Assembly: GCA_045837725.1 (NCBI GenBank)
Contig: JBEWZL010000121.1
Span: 248,001-312,000, forward strand
Source of the DNA: Vermamoeba vermiformis
Lineage: Eukaryota
DNA length: 64,000 nt
Reading direction: 5' to 3'
Shown: piece after piece, positions 26,768-39,551 of the stretch
Numbering within the stretch: the first letter of the stretch is position 1
Layout of the letters: each line of letters begins with the position of its first letter
Made by a program: the position numbers and the translations under genes
Notes under the pieces: model-generated
The model's input: only the letters and a program-made list of their open reading frames with translations
The model's database searches: none
What the model was told of the DNA's origin: nothing

Positions 26768-27914
26768 TTATAGCGTGTCCATAATGGAAGTGCGCAATTG
26801 GCTGACAATGTTGCCAGGCTCTTGGTTGTGCAATTTGAAGATGGATTCAATGACAGCAATCTCCGGGGCAGTGGTGTCCATGCCGCAGAAGGCGACCCAA
26901 TCGTTGACCACGAGACCAGCGCCAATCACTTCTGAGCCACGGTTCACGGTGCCAGCGACGAGCGGGACTTGCAACAGAGCTGACAACTCGTCGCGGTCTT
27001 CAACGCTGGTGCGGCTGTGCACGAGACCACCTTGATTGGACAGCGAGCAGTACGAGCCCACGAGCGCATTGCCAGCGATGGTTTGACGGAAGACTTCAAC
27101 GCCGAGCACGTCAGCGACAATCTCTTCGGTCTCGCGATCAATGTCGGGGTGCAACAGACACACGTAGTCGTTGCACACGATGCAATTGCCCAGTGCGCTC
27201 AATCGTTCTTCGACTCTTTGGACGACGACAGAGTCAGGCAGAGCATTGCGAATGTGAAGGAGTTCTTGGTCGGTGGTGGTGTTCGGGACTAACAAACCGC
27301 GTCTGTTGCCTGGATGAAAAATAATGGATCCGATCAGCAATTTTTCAGCAACTTGTTTTAAACCAATTATTCTCCAAATTCAATAACTTAATAATGCAGA
27401 CTTCTCACAATTAAAAGATCACAATTAGTCTATAATTTACAATTGAGCATCTCGAGATCGATCGAATTAATAATTTTAAGAAATTGATGCGTAAGCGCAA
27501 TCGAGGCACTAGTAATTACCTGCAGTTAATCGTCCGACAATTCTGCAGCCAGCGATCGATGTGTAAACGATTGGGATGTGATCTGCCAACTCGTTTTCAA
27601 ATACTTTGTAATGTTCGGAGCCTCCATAAGCCAAGAGGCAGTATGAGTTGGTAAGCTTGGTGAATACACCAATATCGCTGCTATTTTCGAATTGAGCTCC
27701 TACGGAAAAAATATGAGATGAGAATCCTTTTTTTTTCGCCAATATTTGTTTTCGAGTTTAAAGCATATTTAATTAGTAATAGAAATCGTAATAATATATT
27801 AAACGTTAATTTAATTATTTGTTATTTTAATGACGATTGCTGTTAATTATTAAATTATCCAGATCAGATCAAACAACTTCACGAACGAATTCGCGACAAC
27901 TTACTGATCGCCAT
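26768..27914 (-). CDS. EIF6: Translation initiation factor 6
   Basis: [80 protein letters not shown] 10-nt first exon (ATGGCGATCA|gtaagt) supplies the start. Confidence 0.98.
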
Positions 27915-28252
27915 TTGTCGGTGGTAATAATAGTTGGTTAAAAGAGTGGTGTGGCCTTCTCTTTTTGGTGACTAATTAAAATTGGAACGTTCCGCACGCA
28001 AGTTTTTGTTTTTGACGCTCGAGAGGTTATGCGAAAAACGCAAGAAGAGGGTATTTTTAAATTTAAACGCGATTAGACCTAGAAACGAGAAATTAGTCAT
28101 AAAATTGGAATACCGTTTGCTCGATTTTCGGAATACCACAACTTCACTCCAGATGCCGTGTAGATCCTTCCAGAACAGCTCAGAAAAATCGTTGGATCCA
28201 TTTACCCTAAATGTGCAGCGGTATTCCAAAGTTGCTACAACTACTTTTTCGA

Positions 28253-29850
28253 TTATTCAGTTAACGACAAGAAATTGAGATCAAGAAGAGTTTCTTGTTT
28301 ATTGTCAGAATTATCGCTCTTATTTTTCCTACTCAGATCTGGTGGAGTCCACAACGAAGACGTAACAACGGGGGTCTTCAATTGACTTGTATTGTACATT
28401 GCAGGCAGATGTGGCTCACTTGGCTTGTTCTGTCCAAACAGCCCCTTCAATCGTGCGCTGAGTGTGCGGCCCTCGCGCTGCATGCGCTCTTCAATCAGCG
28501 CAGCTTGTTTGTCTGCGAGGTGACTGGCCCACTTGGCCGTACTGTGCGAGAGCAGCAGGGCAATCAGTGCTACGTCGTGCGGTCTGCGCCCCCACTTGAG
28601 TGCTATTTGCGTCACGAGATCTGTCACCACTTCCCTAATAAGGCAAGTGTTAGTCAATGGTCACGTGCTGCACAACGGAGGTGTACATGTATTGTTCGGC
28701 GCGGAAGGAGGGCCAGTAGCGCAGTGCCCAGCGACCGACATCATTCGTGACTCCTTTCACCACCCAGCCAAAGTCCTCTTCTTGCCAGCTGCGAGGTGTC
28801 AGTGCGTGAACAGTGCTCAGTATTGGGTGGCATAGGACAGACTTACTCCTGGTTCACAGCGAGGGTGCTGGAGGTGACGACATTCACGTACCCAAAATAC
28901 TCTTGCCACGTGCAGTGTTCAGCGTCACTCGCCCAGTGCTATCACACAGTTAGTATTGTGCTGTGATTATGTATCAGTTCCGTACAGTGAGGGCGAGTTT
29001 GTCCAAGATTGCAATCACGTGATCGAGTTCCATCTCATCGCGCACCACTTGGCCCACAAATTCACCAATCTCTTCAGGTGTCCACAGCAATGCAGTGTCG
29101 AGACTCGAGCGCGGCACGTGATCGTTGATTGGCACGCGTGGGATGTGCGCGACAAGATCAGCAATCTCATCGGGAGTCCAGCCCTTCGCGATGTTAATGC
29201 CGCGCGTGTGCGTGATGACAATGCGCATGAGATCGCGCACATTGATGTCACGTGATCGGGGATTGTAGAGCAGTGCCACGAACAGCTGTTTGAGTTCAGG
29301 GACCGAGAGATATTCGCGCAACAGATTGGGCAGTGTCGAGTCTGCCTCGGACTGCTGCACAAAATCAATCACAATCTCCGCGGTGAGATTTGCGTCACGT
29401 GACAGTGATTCGCGCAACAGGTCCGGCAATTGATCTGCAATGCGCACGAGCTGTTCTTCGTACTCGATGACGTTCATATCACTAGTGCACGGTGAGTGGC
29501 AATGCAGAGAGACATCCTTATTAATACAACTGCACCTACCTCTCATCAGGAGCGCGCAGCTGATCCAACAGTCGTTTACGATATTCAGTGCTCAGCGAGG
29601 CAAAGTGCGACAGTTGACTCTGCAGTGCAGCGACTTCACGGGACTCAGTGCCCTTCTGCGGATGTAATGAGATGAGATGTATATGGACATTGTATATGAC
29701 TACCTTGCTGAGCTCTGTGCTGTACAAACACCGCCGCAAGTACGCGAGTGACACTGGTGCGCGTCGAGTGCGTGAAAACAGAGAGTGGCGTGCAGTGACC
29801 GAGCAGCGAGTGCGCAGTGTGAGTGTCAGTACGCGACGTAGTGATTGCAT
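28253..29850 (-). CDS. Hypothetical helical protein with Arg-rich mitochondrial-type presequence
   Basis: MQSLRRVLTLTLRTRCSVTARHSLFSRTRRAPVSLAYLRRCLYSTE. Chain of minus-strand exons with canonical introns. No family recognised. Confidence 0.6.
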
Positions 29851-30180
29851 AGTGCTAATAGTGTAATGGGGGTTAGTTGAGCGCAATATTAATACGGAGC
29901 GGACTATCCTTACACTTAGTAGTCGTGATAAATTTAATTAAATTTATTATGGTTGTGCCTAATTTATTAACATAAATTTTCTTCTTAATCACGAATTTTT
30001 AATTTTAGATGAGATCACGATCTACTTACAAGTACTTTTGTTGAAGTTCTTATTCTAAATACAGAACATGAAAATATCTTTGTTCAATAAATAACGAGGT
30101 CGTTGAGGTACCGGTTATGATATTCGAAAATTAATGAAATCGGTTTCACTTTTGTTTTGGATGACACACGACGAACAGAC

Positions 30181-31908
30181 ATGGCGACAAGAGCAATCAG
30201 CAAAGTACTCGATAAGTCACTGTTCACTAAGAAGATACAGCTGCTTGCGCTGAGGATCCCAAGTTCTGAGTGCAAAACAGTGGTTTCAAACTTCAAAAAG
30301 TAATTACAATTTTATTAAATATTATTTGAGTCCGTCCAAAGGTGGCCGCGGCAATGCGCACCGAGGAAAATTAAACAAAAATTTGTAAATAATAATGGAA
30401 CGAAGAATTCTTTATTTTCTCTCAACTAACTCACGACAGATTTTTGCTGAATAAACCGCGCATTTCAAATGTAGAAAAGGATTCAGATGACAGTAAACGA
30501 TTGATATTATTGAAAGAAGGTACAATTGAATACTTTGGTGCGGGCTTTTATTGACACTGTTGCAGATCTGAACGACGTGCCCGATGAAATTCGTAGTAAA
30601 GTGCCGAGTATCGAGGCAATTAAACACGAAATATCACTTGATTATGATTACTGGCCCGCAGGTATGTTTATTATTGTCTATCGACTGAGGTACTGATCGC
30701 AACAATCAGATCACGTACTGCGCGAGGTGTTGCCAGCAGACGTTGAAGTACCTTCGTCATTTGAGACAGTAGGACACATTGCGCACTTGAATCTGCGCGA
30801 TCAACATCTGCCGTACAAACACATCATCGGTCAAGTCATTCTCGATGTAAGTCTCAATCTATTGTTGTGCGTTGTTATTTGAAATAACCAAATTTAGAAA
30901 AATCCCAATATCAAGACAGTCGTGAACAAGCTCGACAGCATCAACACGACATTCCGCACATTTGAAATGGAGGTCTTGGCGGGCATTGATGACTTTAATG
31001 TTGAAGTGGCAAGTACTTTGCAGTCAAGCATTGCTGATCTTTTGACTCATGCCTAATTTAGAAAGAGAGTAACTGCACCTTCCGGTTCAATTACTCCGAA
31101 GTGTACTGGAACAGTCGCTTGCAGACTGAACACGATCGACTCGTGCGCTCATTTAGTGCTTCCAGCGTTATATGTACGCCAATAGTGTTGTCTCCAAGTG
31201 CACTAATTGACACGTGTCTACAGGTGACATGTTTGCAGGTGTGGGGCCGTTCTCCATCCCCGCAGCCAAGAAGTGTGCCATGGTCTATGCGAATGATCTG
31301 AATCCGCAGTCTGTCAAGTACCTCAATGAGAATGCCAAGCTCAACAAGGTGCAAAAACAGATCCGCGCCTACAACATGGACGCACGTGACTTTGTGCGGC
31401 GATTAGTGCGCGATGAACAGGTGAAAATTGATCACGTGATCATGAACTTGCCTGCGTCCGCGGTGCAGTTCTTAGGTACGTCGTGGCATTAGCCGCTTGA
31501 ATATAGCTCACTAACAGCTGTACGTTAGATGTGTTCAGAGACCTGTATCCTGCAGATGCTCAGGCACTGCCTTCAATTCATTGCTATGGATTCTCAAAAG
31601 CTGAAGATCCCCGGGCCGACATTGTGCGCGTAAGTGCCAGCCTAGCTAGTAATAGTTTACTAACAGCTAAATAGCAAATTGAGCAAGTACTTGGCCGGCA
31701 GTTGCATAGCCCTCATGTATTTGAGGTCAGAAATGTAGCTCCTAAGAAATACATGTTCTGTGTTTCATTCACTTTACCTGCTGTGGATGCAGCCGCAGAA
31801 ACAAATTCGCGAAATATGGAGCATAGTCCACCAAATAAGAGACGGAAGCTGAATAATGGAGAGGTTGAAAATACAAATTTATCAGATGAGAAGCAAGAGG
31901 CAAAATAA
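30181..31908 (+). CDS. TRM5: tRNA (guanine37-N1)-methyltransferase Trm5
   Basis: [86 protein letters not shown]. Confidence 0.96.
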
Positions 31909-32237
31909 AGCGTTGCTTAATTGGTGTAATCGCAGATTTGTTGCCAAACGTTGGGGATAATTCCGTATATAGTAATTTCGTGATTTATCAGCATTTTAAC
32001 TTTCCGTGTCACACGAGATTGCTTCGGATAAACCGGGGAGATACAGGGCGAGATTGTCGGCCAAATTTCCTCCCATCAAAGCTCCTCACAGTTGGAATTT
32101 AATTTTTGTTCTACCATTCTATCTTCAACACTGAGTTGGTAGGCACTCCTCCCATGATTTAACCATAACGTACTCACTCTTATTTCTCGCAGCAAAGTCA
32201 ACTGTCCTCAGCATCAACAGTTAATTAATTTTCCATT

Positions 32238-33762
32238 ATGAACCCTAACGAAGAAATCGATAAGCACGTCCTCAAGCGCTACGAAATTGTACAGAAGCTT
32301 GGCAAGGGTGTAAGTTGATCTTTTGCAATTTTAAAACGGATATTTTAGCATTTTTCCGTACGCGAGATGAGTTTAAAATTTAAATTTTAATTTAACTAGG
32401 CCTACGGTATTGTCTGGAAGTGTATCGACAAAAAAACCAAGGAAACCTTGGCTTTGAAGAAAATTTTTGGTGCTTTCCAAAACGCAACTGATGCCCAACG
32501 AACTTTCCGCGAGATTATGTTTTTGGAAGAGTTGCAGGACCACGAAAACATCATCAAGCTCAAGGACGTGTTGAAAGCTGAGAACGACAAGGACATTTAC
32601 CTGATTTTTGAGTATATGGGTAAGCAGTTACAGTTTTTTTTGTGTGGATTTCATACCAAGCGGTACTTGTTTCCTCACCGTACTTATGCCTTAGAAAGCA
32701 CTTCCACTATTTTTAGTATTTATTCTGCAAGCTAATTTCTGTTTTACTACAGAAACGGATCTCCACGCCGTTATTCGAGCCAATATTTTGGAGGACATTC
32801 ACAAGCGCTACATCATCTATCAGCTGCTCAAGGCCATCAAGTACATGCACACTGGTCAAGTTTTGCACCGCGACATGAAGGTAAGACCTCTCACTGCCTG
32901 CTCTGCGACTGCCTGGTACTAACTTGGTCTATTTTTAGCCCTCCAACTTGCTGTTGAACTCTGAGTGCCTCATGAAGGTCGCTGACTTTGGTCTCGCGCG
33001 CTCCATTGACGACGACACTGAGAGCATTGGTCACCCCGTGCTCACTGATTACGTCGCCACACGTTGGTACCGCGCCCCTGAAATTCTTCTCGGCTCCACC
33101 AAGTACGTGCCTCTTGAGATGTGTGAGCAGAGAGACTAACTGTTGTTTGCGTAGGTACACTAAAGGCGTTGATATGTGGTCTATTGGCTGCATTCTTGGT
33201 GAATTGCTCGGCGGCAAGCCTATGTTCCCTGGTACATCCACTATGAACCAGTTGGATCGCATTATTGAAGTCACTGGTCGACCAAATGCCGAAGACATTG
33301 AAGCTATTCAATCTCCCTTCGCTGGTACCATGCTTGAGACTCTTCCTCCTTCAAATCCGCGCTCGTTGAAACAGATGTACGCCCATGCCCCCGAAGACGC
33401 ACTCGACTTGCTCGAGAAATTGCTGCGATTCAATCCCAAGAAGCGCATCACCGCTGAAGAGGCCTTGGAGCACCCCTACGTCGCACAGTTCCACAACGCT
33501 GATGAAGAACTCAGCTGCCCGCACAAGATCACCATCCCTATTGATGACAACAAGAAGTTCTCGATCTCTGAGTACCGCAACAACCTGTACAACAACATTA
33601 TTGCCAAGAAGAAGGAGAAGAAGAGAGGCTCAGGTGAGTTAGCACGATCTGATTGACTAGCACAAGTACTAACGATGTTTCACAGACAAGGGCGACAAGA
33701 AAGACAAGTCTAAGGACAAGAGCAAGGACAAGTCGAAGCGCAACTCTACTGAAGTCAAATAA
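32238..33762 (+). CDS. MAPK15: Atypical MAP kinase ERK7/8 (TDY activation loop)
   Basis: [60 protein letters not shown]. Confidence 0.96.
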
Positions 33763-34046
33763 ACTGACTGCGGATGTGGACTAATTTCAATCAACCAAAA
33801 ACAAACGTCGAAAGATATTACTCCCTGTGTAGACTTACACTTTTTTGTACAGATAGTTAAAAACCTTCAACCCACTTGATAATAAACTGTTACACTAGAA
33901 CCGTTCTTCGTGTTCGAATTCTGCTCGAAATATCAACGGGGCTCGGGAAAAAAGATTTTTGTTCAAATTGAATTAACACTCATTCCTTATTACTATCGAA
34001 TCAAGTACCACGTTAACCCGCTTGTTTTATAAAACCCATTGCAACA

Positions 34047-37000
34047 ATGTCGGGCATGCCTGGTACTAAAGGCTCGATGAGGGGCTTGACAGTGTTCATT
34101 TCAGAGATCCGCAATGGTAAGAGCGCAATTCAAATCTGCTATATTCATATATATGTATTGATATTACTAACGTAGCTGTTGTGCTGTTCGAAGTTTCTTG
34201 CAAATTTATTTTTCCTCATCTAAATTGATAATAATTTCAAACATTACTAGCCTCGACAAAAGAAGAAGAAGAAAGTAAAATCAACAAAGAGATGGCTAAA
34301 ATTAGAAAAAAATTTAAAGAGGCTGGAGCAAAACTTTCAGGCTATGATAGAAGAAAATATGTCAGCAAAATCTTGTATATGTACCTGCTTGGTTATGAGC
34401 CTGATTTCGGCTACATGGAGGCTATTAATTTGATTTCATCGAGCAAATACGCTGAGAAACAAATGGTAATTACGATTATGACGCGAAATTGCAGCGGATG
34501 TGACATACAACCACTGTGAGACTAATCGGATAATATTAGGGATACGTCACACTAGGAGTAGTACTGCACGAGGAGCACGAGATGATCCCGTTGATTATTA
34601 ACTCGCTGCGTCAAGATCTCGAGTCGCGCAGTGAAGTCCACGTCTCGCTGGCCCTGGCAGCAGTGTGCAACATTGGTGGCAAGTCAATGGCCGAGTCACT
34701 CACTCCTGTCGTGCAACGCCTGCTCGTCTCCGCAGCCTCAACACCCATGATCAAGAAGAAGGCTGCCATGTGCATGTTGCGCTTGCAACAGAAATTCCCC
34801 GCGATCGTGTCACCCGAGGAGTGGCGCAGTCAGCTGAACGACATGCTTGCAGAGCCAGACCTCGGCATCATGACTGCCTACATGTCATTCGTCAATGCAC
34901 TCGCCAAGACCTCGCCTGAGCCCTATGCATTCCTCTACAGCAAAGTTGTCGGTGTCATGTCCAAGGTACGGCGGCTCTAATAATAGTCAAGTCCAACACT
35001 AACCCTCGCATCAGATTGTGGTGGGCAAGCGATTCACGCGCGACTACATCTACTATCGCGTGCCCTGTCCCTGGCTGCAGGTCAAGTGTCTCAAGTTCTT
35101 GCAGGCCTATCCTCCGCCACAAGACTCGCAGCTGCTCGGCACACTGCACGACATTCTCTCGCGCATCATTGCGAGTGCAGACAGCGTGAAGGGTCAGAAA
35201 GACAACTCCAAGAACGCGTACAATGCCGTGCTGTTCGAGTGCGTGTCACTCATCATTCATCTCAACACTGACGTCTCACTCTTGCGCGAGACTGCGGCCT
35301 TGTTGGGCAAGTTGTTGGCTGATCGCGGCAGCAACTTGCGCTACTTGGGCTTGGAACTGATGAACAAATTGGCTATTGTACTCAACTCGCAGCTGGAGAG
35401 CGGTCAGAGCAACAAATCAGGCATGAATTTCCAAGAATATCAAGAGACTGTCACCATGGCACTGCAAGATCCTGACATTAGCATTCGTCGTCGTGCCCTT
35501 GACTTGCTATATGGCATGTGCAGTCGCAAGACGAGTCGCAGCATTGTGCTCGAACTGCTCGGCTACTTGCAGAGTCTGAACATCAATCTCTCGGCTGACA
35601 TTGCTATCCGCGAGGAACTGGTGCTCAAAATAGCTATTCTCGCTGAGAAATACGCACCCTCCAACAAGTGGTACGTGGATGTCATGCTCAAGCTGATCAC
35701 TATTGCTGGTGATGTCATGTCGGACGAGATCTGGTTCCGCGTCATCAAAATTGTGACCAATCACCCCGAGATCCAAGAATACGCCACACGCACCATGTTC
35801 CAAGCCATGGCCTCACCGCAGTGCAACGAGACCACTGTGCGCATTGCAGGCTACTTGCTGGGCGAGTACGGCAACTTGGTGGCAAATGACCCGACGATGA
35901 GCCCTGAGCGTCAGACGCAGCTCACACTCTCCAAGCTCGCGACCTCCTCTGAGGGCACGCGCGCCATGCTGCTCTCCACCTTCATCAAGTTCGTCAACAT
36001 CTATCCCGAGGTCACACAGCGCATTCTGCCCATCTTCCGTGCTCATGCGCAGTATCTCAACGCGGAGATTCAACAGCGTGCCGTGGAGTACTTCAATCTC
36101 GCGACTCTCGGTGACGACAAGCTGTTGGAGACGGTGTGCGATGTGATGCCTGCCTTTGGCGAGATTGCAGACGAGGTGGAGGACGAAGATGTGTCGCAGG
36201 ACAATGTGCCCATTGCCAATCTGCTCGAACAGACCAAGCTGCGTCAAGAGCAGTATCAGCTGCAGTACATGAACGACGAGGCCAGTGATGACGACGAGGG
36301 ACTCAACCGCGGTGACGATGAAGACGAGCTCAGTGCGCGCAACTACGGAGCAGCAGGAGCGATGGCCAACAGCATGTATCCGGGCAATCCGCTCTACTCG
36401 CAACAACAACAGGGCGGTCTCAACTTGAACAACTTGAGTCCTGACGAGCGACAGATGTTGATGCAGCTGATTCAGATGCAGCAGCAAGGTGTCGCACTCA
36501 CACCACAACAACAGCAGCTCTTGCAACAGTTGATGATGAAGGCCTCCATGCAGACACAGTACGCGTCACCCACCTCCACCGTCTCCTCCTCGTCCTCGCC
36601 CGTCAACTCGCCCTACAACTCGCAACAGGGTGCGCCGTCCGTGCCACAAGTCACACAGCCCCTCGCAGGCCTCACACTCGAACAGACCGCACAGCTGCAA
36701 CAATTGCTCGCTTTGCAACAACAGCTGCAAGCACAGGGTCAACAACTGTCGCCCATGCAGCAACAGCTCTTGCAGCAGATGATCAATGTGCACATGACCG
36801 CCAAGCAGCTCCAATCAGGCGTCACTTCCAGTCCTGTGCCCGCCCCTCCTCCTCAGCCCCTCGCTGGCAGCACTTCACCCCTCGCCAGCACCGCACTCCC
36901 GAGCTCACAGCTCTCCTCCTCACCGAGCACAGGTGCAGCCCCCACCATGATTGTCGGCATGAACAAGCCCGTGTTCGGTGGTGGCACGTACGACATTACG

Positions 37001-37810
37001 CGCGAGTTTGAAGGTGTGATTCGCTTGGCCAAGGGTGATCCCACTGAACTGCAGCGACAACAAGCGGTGCAAGAAGAGAAGCGCAAAGCTAACTTCCGTC
37101 GCTTGTGTCTGCGCAACGAAGGTGTGTTGTACGAGGACAATGTCGTGCAGATCGGCTTCAAGTCCGAGTACCAGCAAGGCCAGGGCAGACTCGCGCTCTT
37201 CTTTGGCAACAAGACGCAGCAGCCACTCAGCAACTTCAGCGCGAGTGCTGCCTCCACACCACAGCTCACCGTGGCAGTGGCGCAGAAAGAGGCACCTGTG
37301 ATTGAGCCGATGAGTCAGAACAAGCTCTTCTTGACGCTCACCTGTCTCGCACCGTTCACTGAATCGTCCTATCCGTTGCTGAACGTGAACTTTGTGTCGC
37401 AAGGTCGACCAATGAGCATCAAGCACGAACTGCCCGTGAACATCGCCAAGTTCATAGACCCCGTGCCACTCGATAGCACAGCCTTCTTCCAGCAGTGGAA
37501 GCAGACCGGCACTGGCCAAGAGGTGCAAGAGGTGTTCAAGGCCGCGCTCAGCATCAATGTGCCCAACATCTCCAAGCTGCTCAGCATCGGTCTCAGACTC
37601 GCCGTGCTGTCAGATGTGGACACGAATGTCAACAACATTGTGTGCAGTGGGCAGTGCTACACGCACCTCGGACCAGTCGCGTGCCTCGTGCGACTCGAGA
37701 CCAATCCCACCGCGAACATGATCCGCATGACGGTGAAGAGCAACAACACGCAGCTCACTGAAGCGGTCAAACAACTCGTCATGGCACATCTCGCGGTCTC
37801 AGCGGTATAA
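34047..37810 (+). CDS. AP2A: AP-2 adaptor complex alpha subunit
   Basis: MRGLTVFISEIRN, INKEMAKIR, YDRRKYV, YIYYRVPCPWLQVK, DISIRRRALDLLYGMC, IREELVLKIAILAEKYA; appendage domain NEGVLYED..IGFKSEY. Confidence 0.97.
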
Positions 37811-38019
37811 TATATAGTACATAGTGGTGTAATTTGTTAATTCTGGCCATAAACAGCCATATTTATTGTTCGGTTTGTGTCGATTTGACATTTCCACGAT
37901 ATCACGGGATATTTCCGTCGGTTATTGAGTTCATTTTCAACACGAACACGTGTCCCGTGCTGACTCAGCTATTATTGTATTAATTCAGTAACATTATTCA
38001 CCACAACTATCACACAATT

Positions 38020-39454
38020 ATGAAGGCGATCATTCTGGTCGGTGGATTCGGCACTCGTTTGCGTCCTTTGACTTTTTCGACGCCTAAGCCGTGCGTCGAA
38101 TTTTGCAACAAGCCTATGATAGTGCATCAATTACAAGCTCTCGCTAAAGTATGTGTGCTGGTCATAAATGAAATCGGTTAGAGCGTGCATGAAAAATATT
38201 TCCGTTTTTCAAAAATAATTGAAAAAATGTCCAATTAATTCGTCTGCATTCATATATTAGCTTATTAATGGATAATTTAATATACAGGTAGGCGTCACTG
38301 AAGTAATTTTAGCAGTCAATGACAAGCCGGGCGAGATGGAGAAACTTTTGGAGCCTTGGCAATCAAAGGTGAGCAGCGCGGTACAATATATGTCGATAAT
38401 AGCAAACTGATAGTAATATCGCGTAGTTGGGCATTAAGATTTCATATTCAAAAGAAGAACAACCAATGGGCACAGGTAAAGATAAAAAATCGAGATCTAG
38501 ATCTGAAAATCTCTCTTGAAAATCGTTCATGATTCGCAGTCGATAGTCATTAAACGTGCCATATTCAGCTGGTCCTCTCGCCTTAGCACGCGACAAGATC
38601 ATGGAAGGCACAGATCCCAACGAGCCGTTCTTTGTGCTCAACTCCGACATTACATCCGAGTTCCCATTCCTCGAATTGCTTGAATTCCATCGCTCGCACG
38701 GCAAAGAGGGCACTATTATGGTCACTAAAGTCGATGAGCCGTCCAAGTACGGTGTTGTCTTGTACAAGCCAGATGGACAGATCGAAGCATTTGTTGAAAA
38801 GCCCAAAGAATATGTGGGCAACAAGATCAATGCAGGCATCTACATATTTAATAAGGCCATTCTCAACAGAATTCATCCGCGCCCAACGTCCATCGAGAAA
38901 GAAATATTTCCGCAGATGGTGTCCGCAGGCGAGCTGTACTGTCTCGAACTGCGCGGCTTTTGGATGGACATTGGACAGCCCAAGGACTACTTGGCGGGCA
39001 TGAGCAAGTACCTCTCGGCACTCAAAGCACGCAATTCAGAGCTCTTGGCACCCGAGGGCACTGGCATTGTGGGGCCCGTGCTGATCGATCCCACTGCCAA
39101 AATAGGCAAAGACTGTCTGATTGGTCCGAATGTGGTGATTGGCCCTGGTGCTGTCATCGAGGACGGGGCTCGCATCAAGCGCAGCACTGTGATGGCAGAC
39201 TGCCGCATTCGCGCCAACGCGTGGATTCACAATTCCATAATTGGTAAGTGCTATTTATAGAACACACTGAGCACGTGACTGACCTCCAATCAGGGTGGTG
39301 CAGCACAGTGGGTCGCTGGGCACGTGTCGACAATGTTAGTGTGCTGGGCCGTGACGTCACCATCAACGACGAGCTGTTCGTGAACGGTGGTGTCATATTG
39401 CCACACAAACAGATTGGCGACAGCATTGTCAAGCCCGGCACGATCATCATGTGA
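38020..39454 (+). CDS. GMPPB: Mannose-1-phosphate guanylyltransferase (GDP-mannose pyrophosphorylase)
   Basis: [51 protein letters not shown] and hexapeptide C-terminus. Confidence 0.97.
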
Positions 39455-39551
39455 GCACTCTTCTTGTATTATTACCATTGCGATAAATAGTTTTTCAAAA
39501 GATGTCGCAATTTATTTACAAGTGGGGTCATGCCCTATTAAGGCAAGACGG

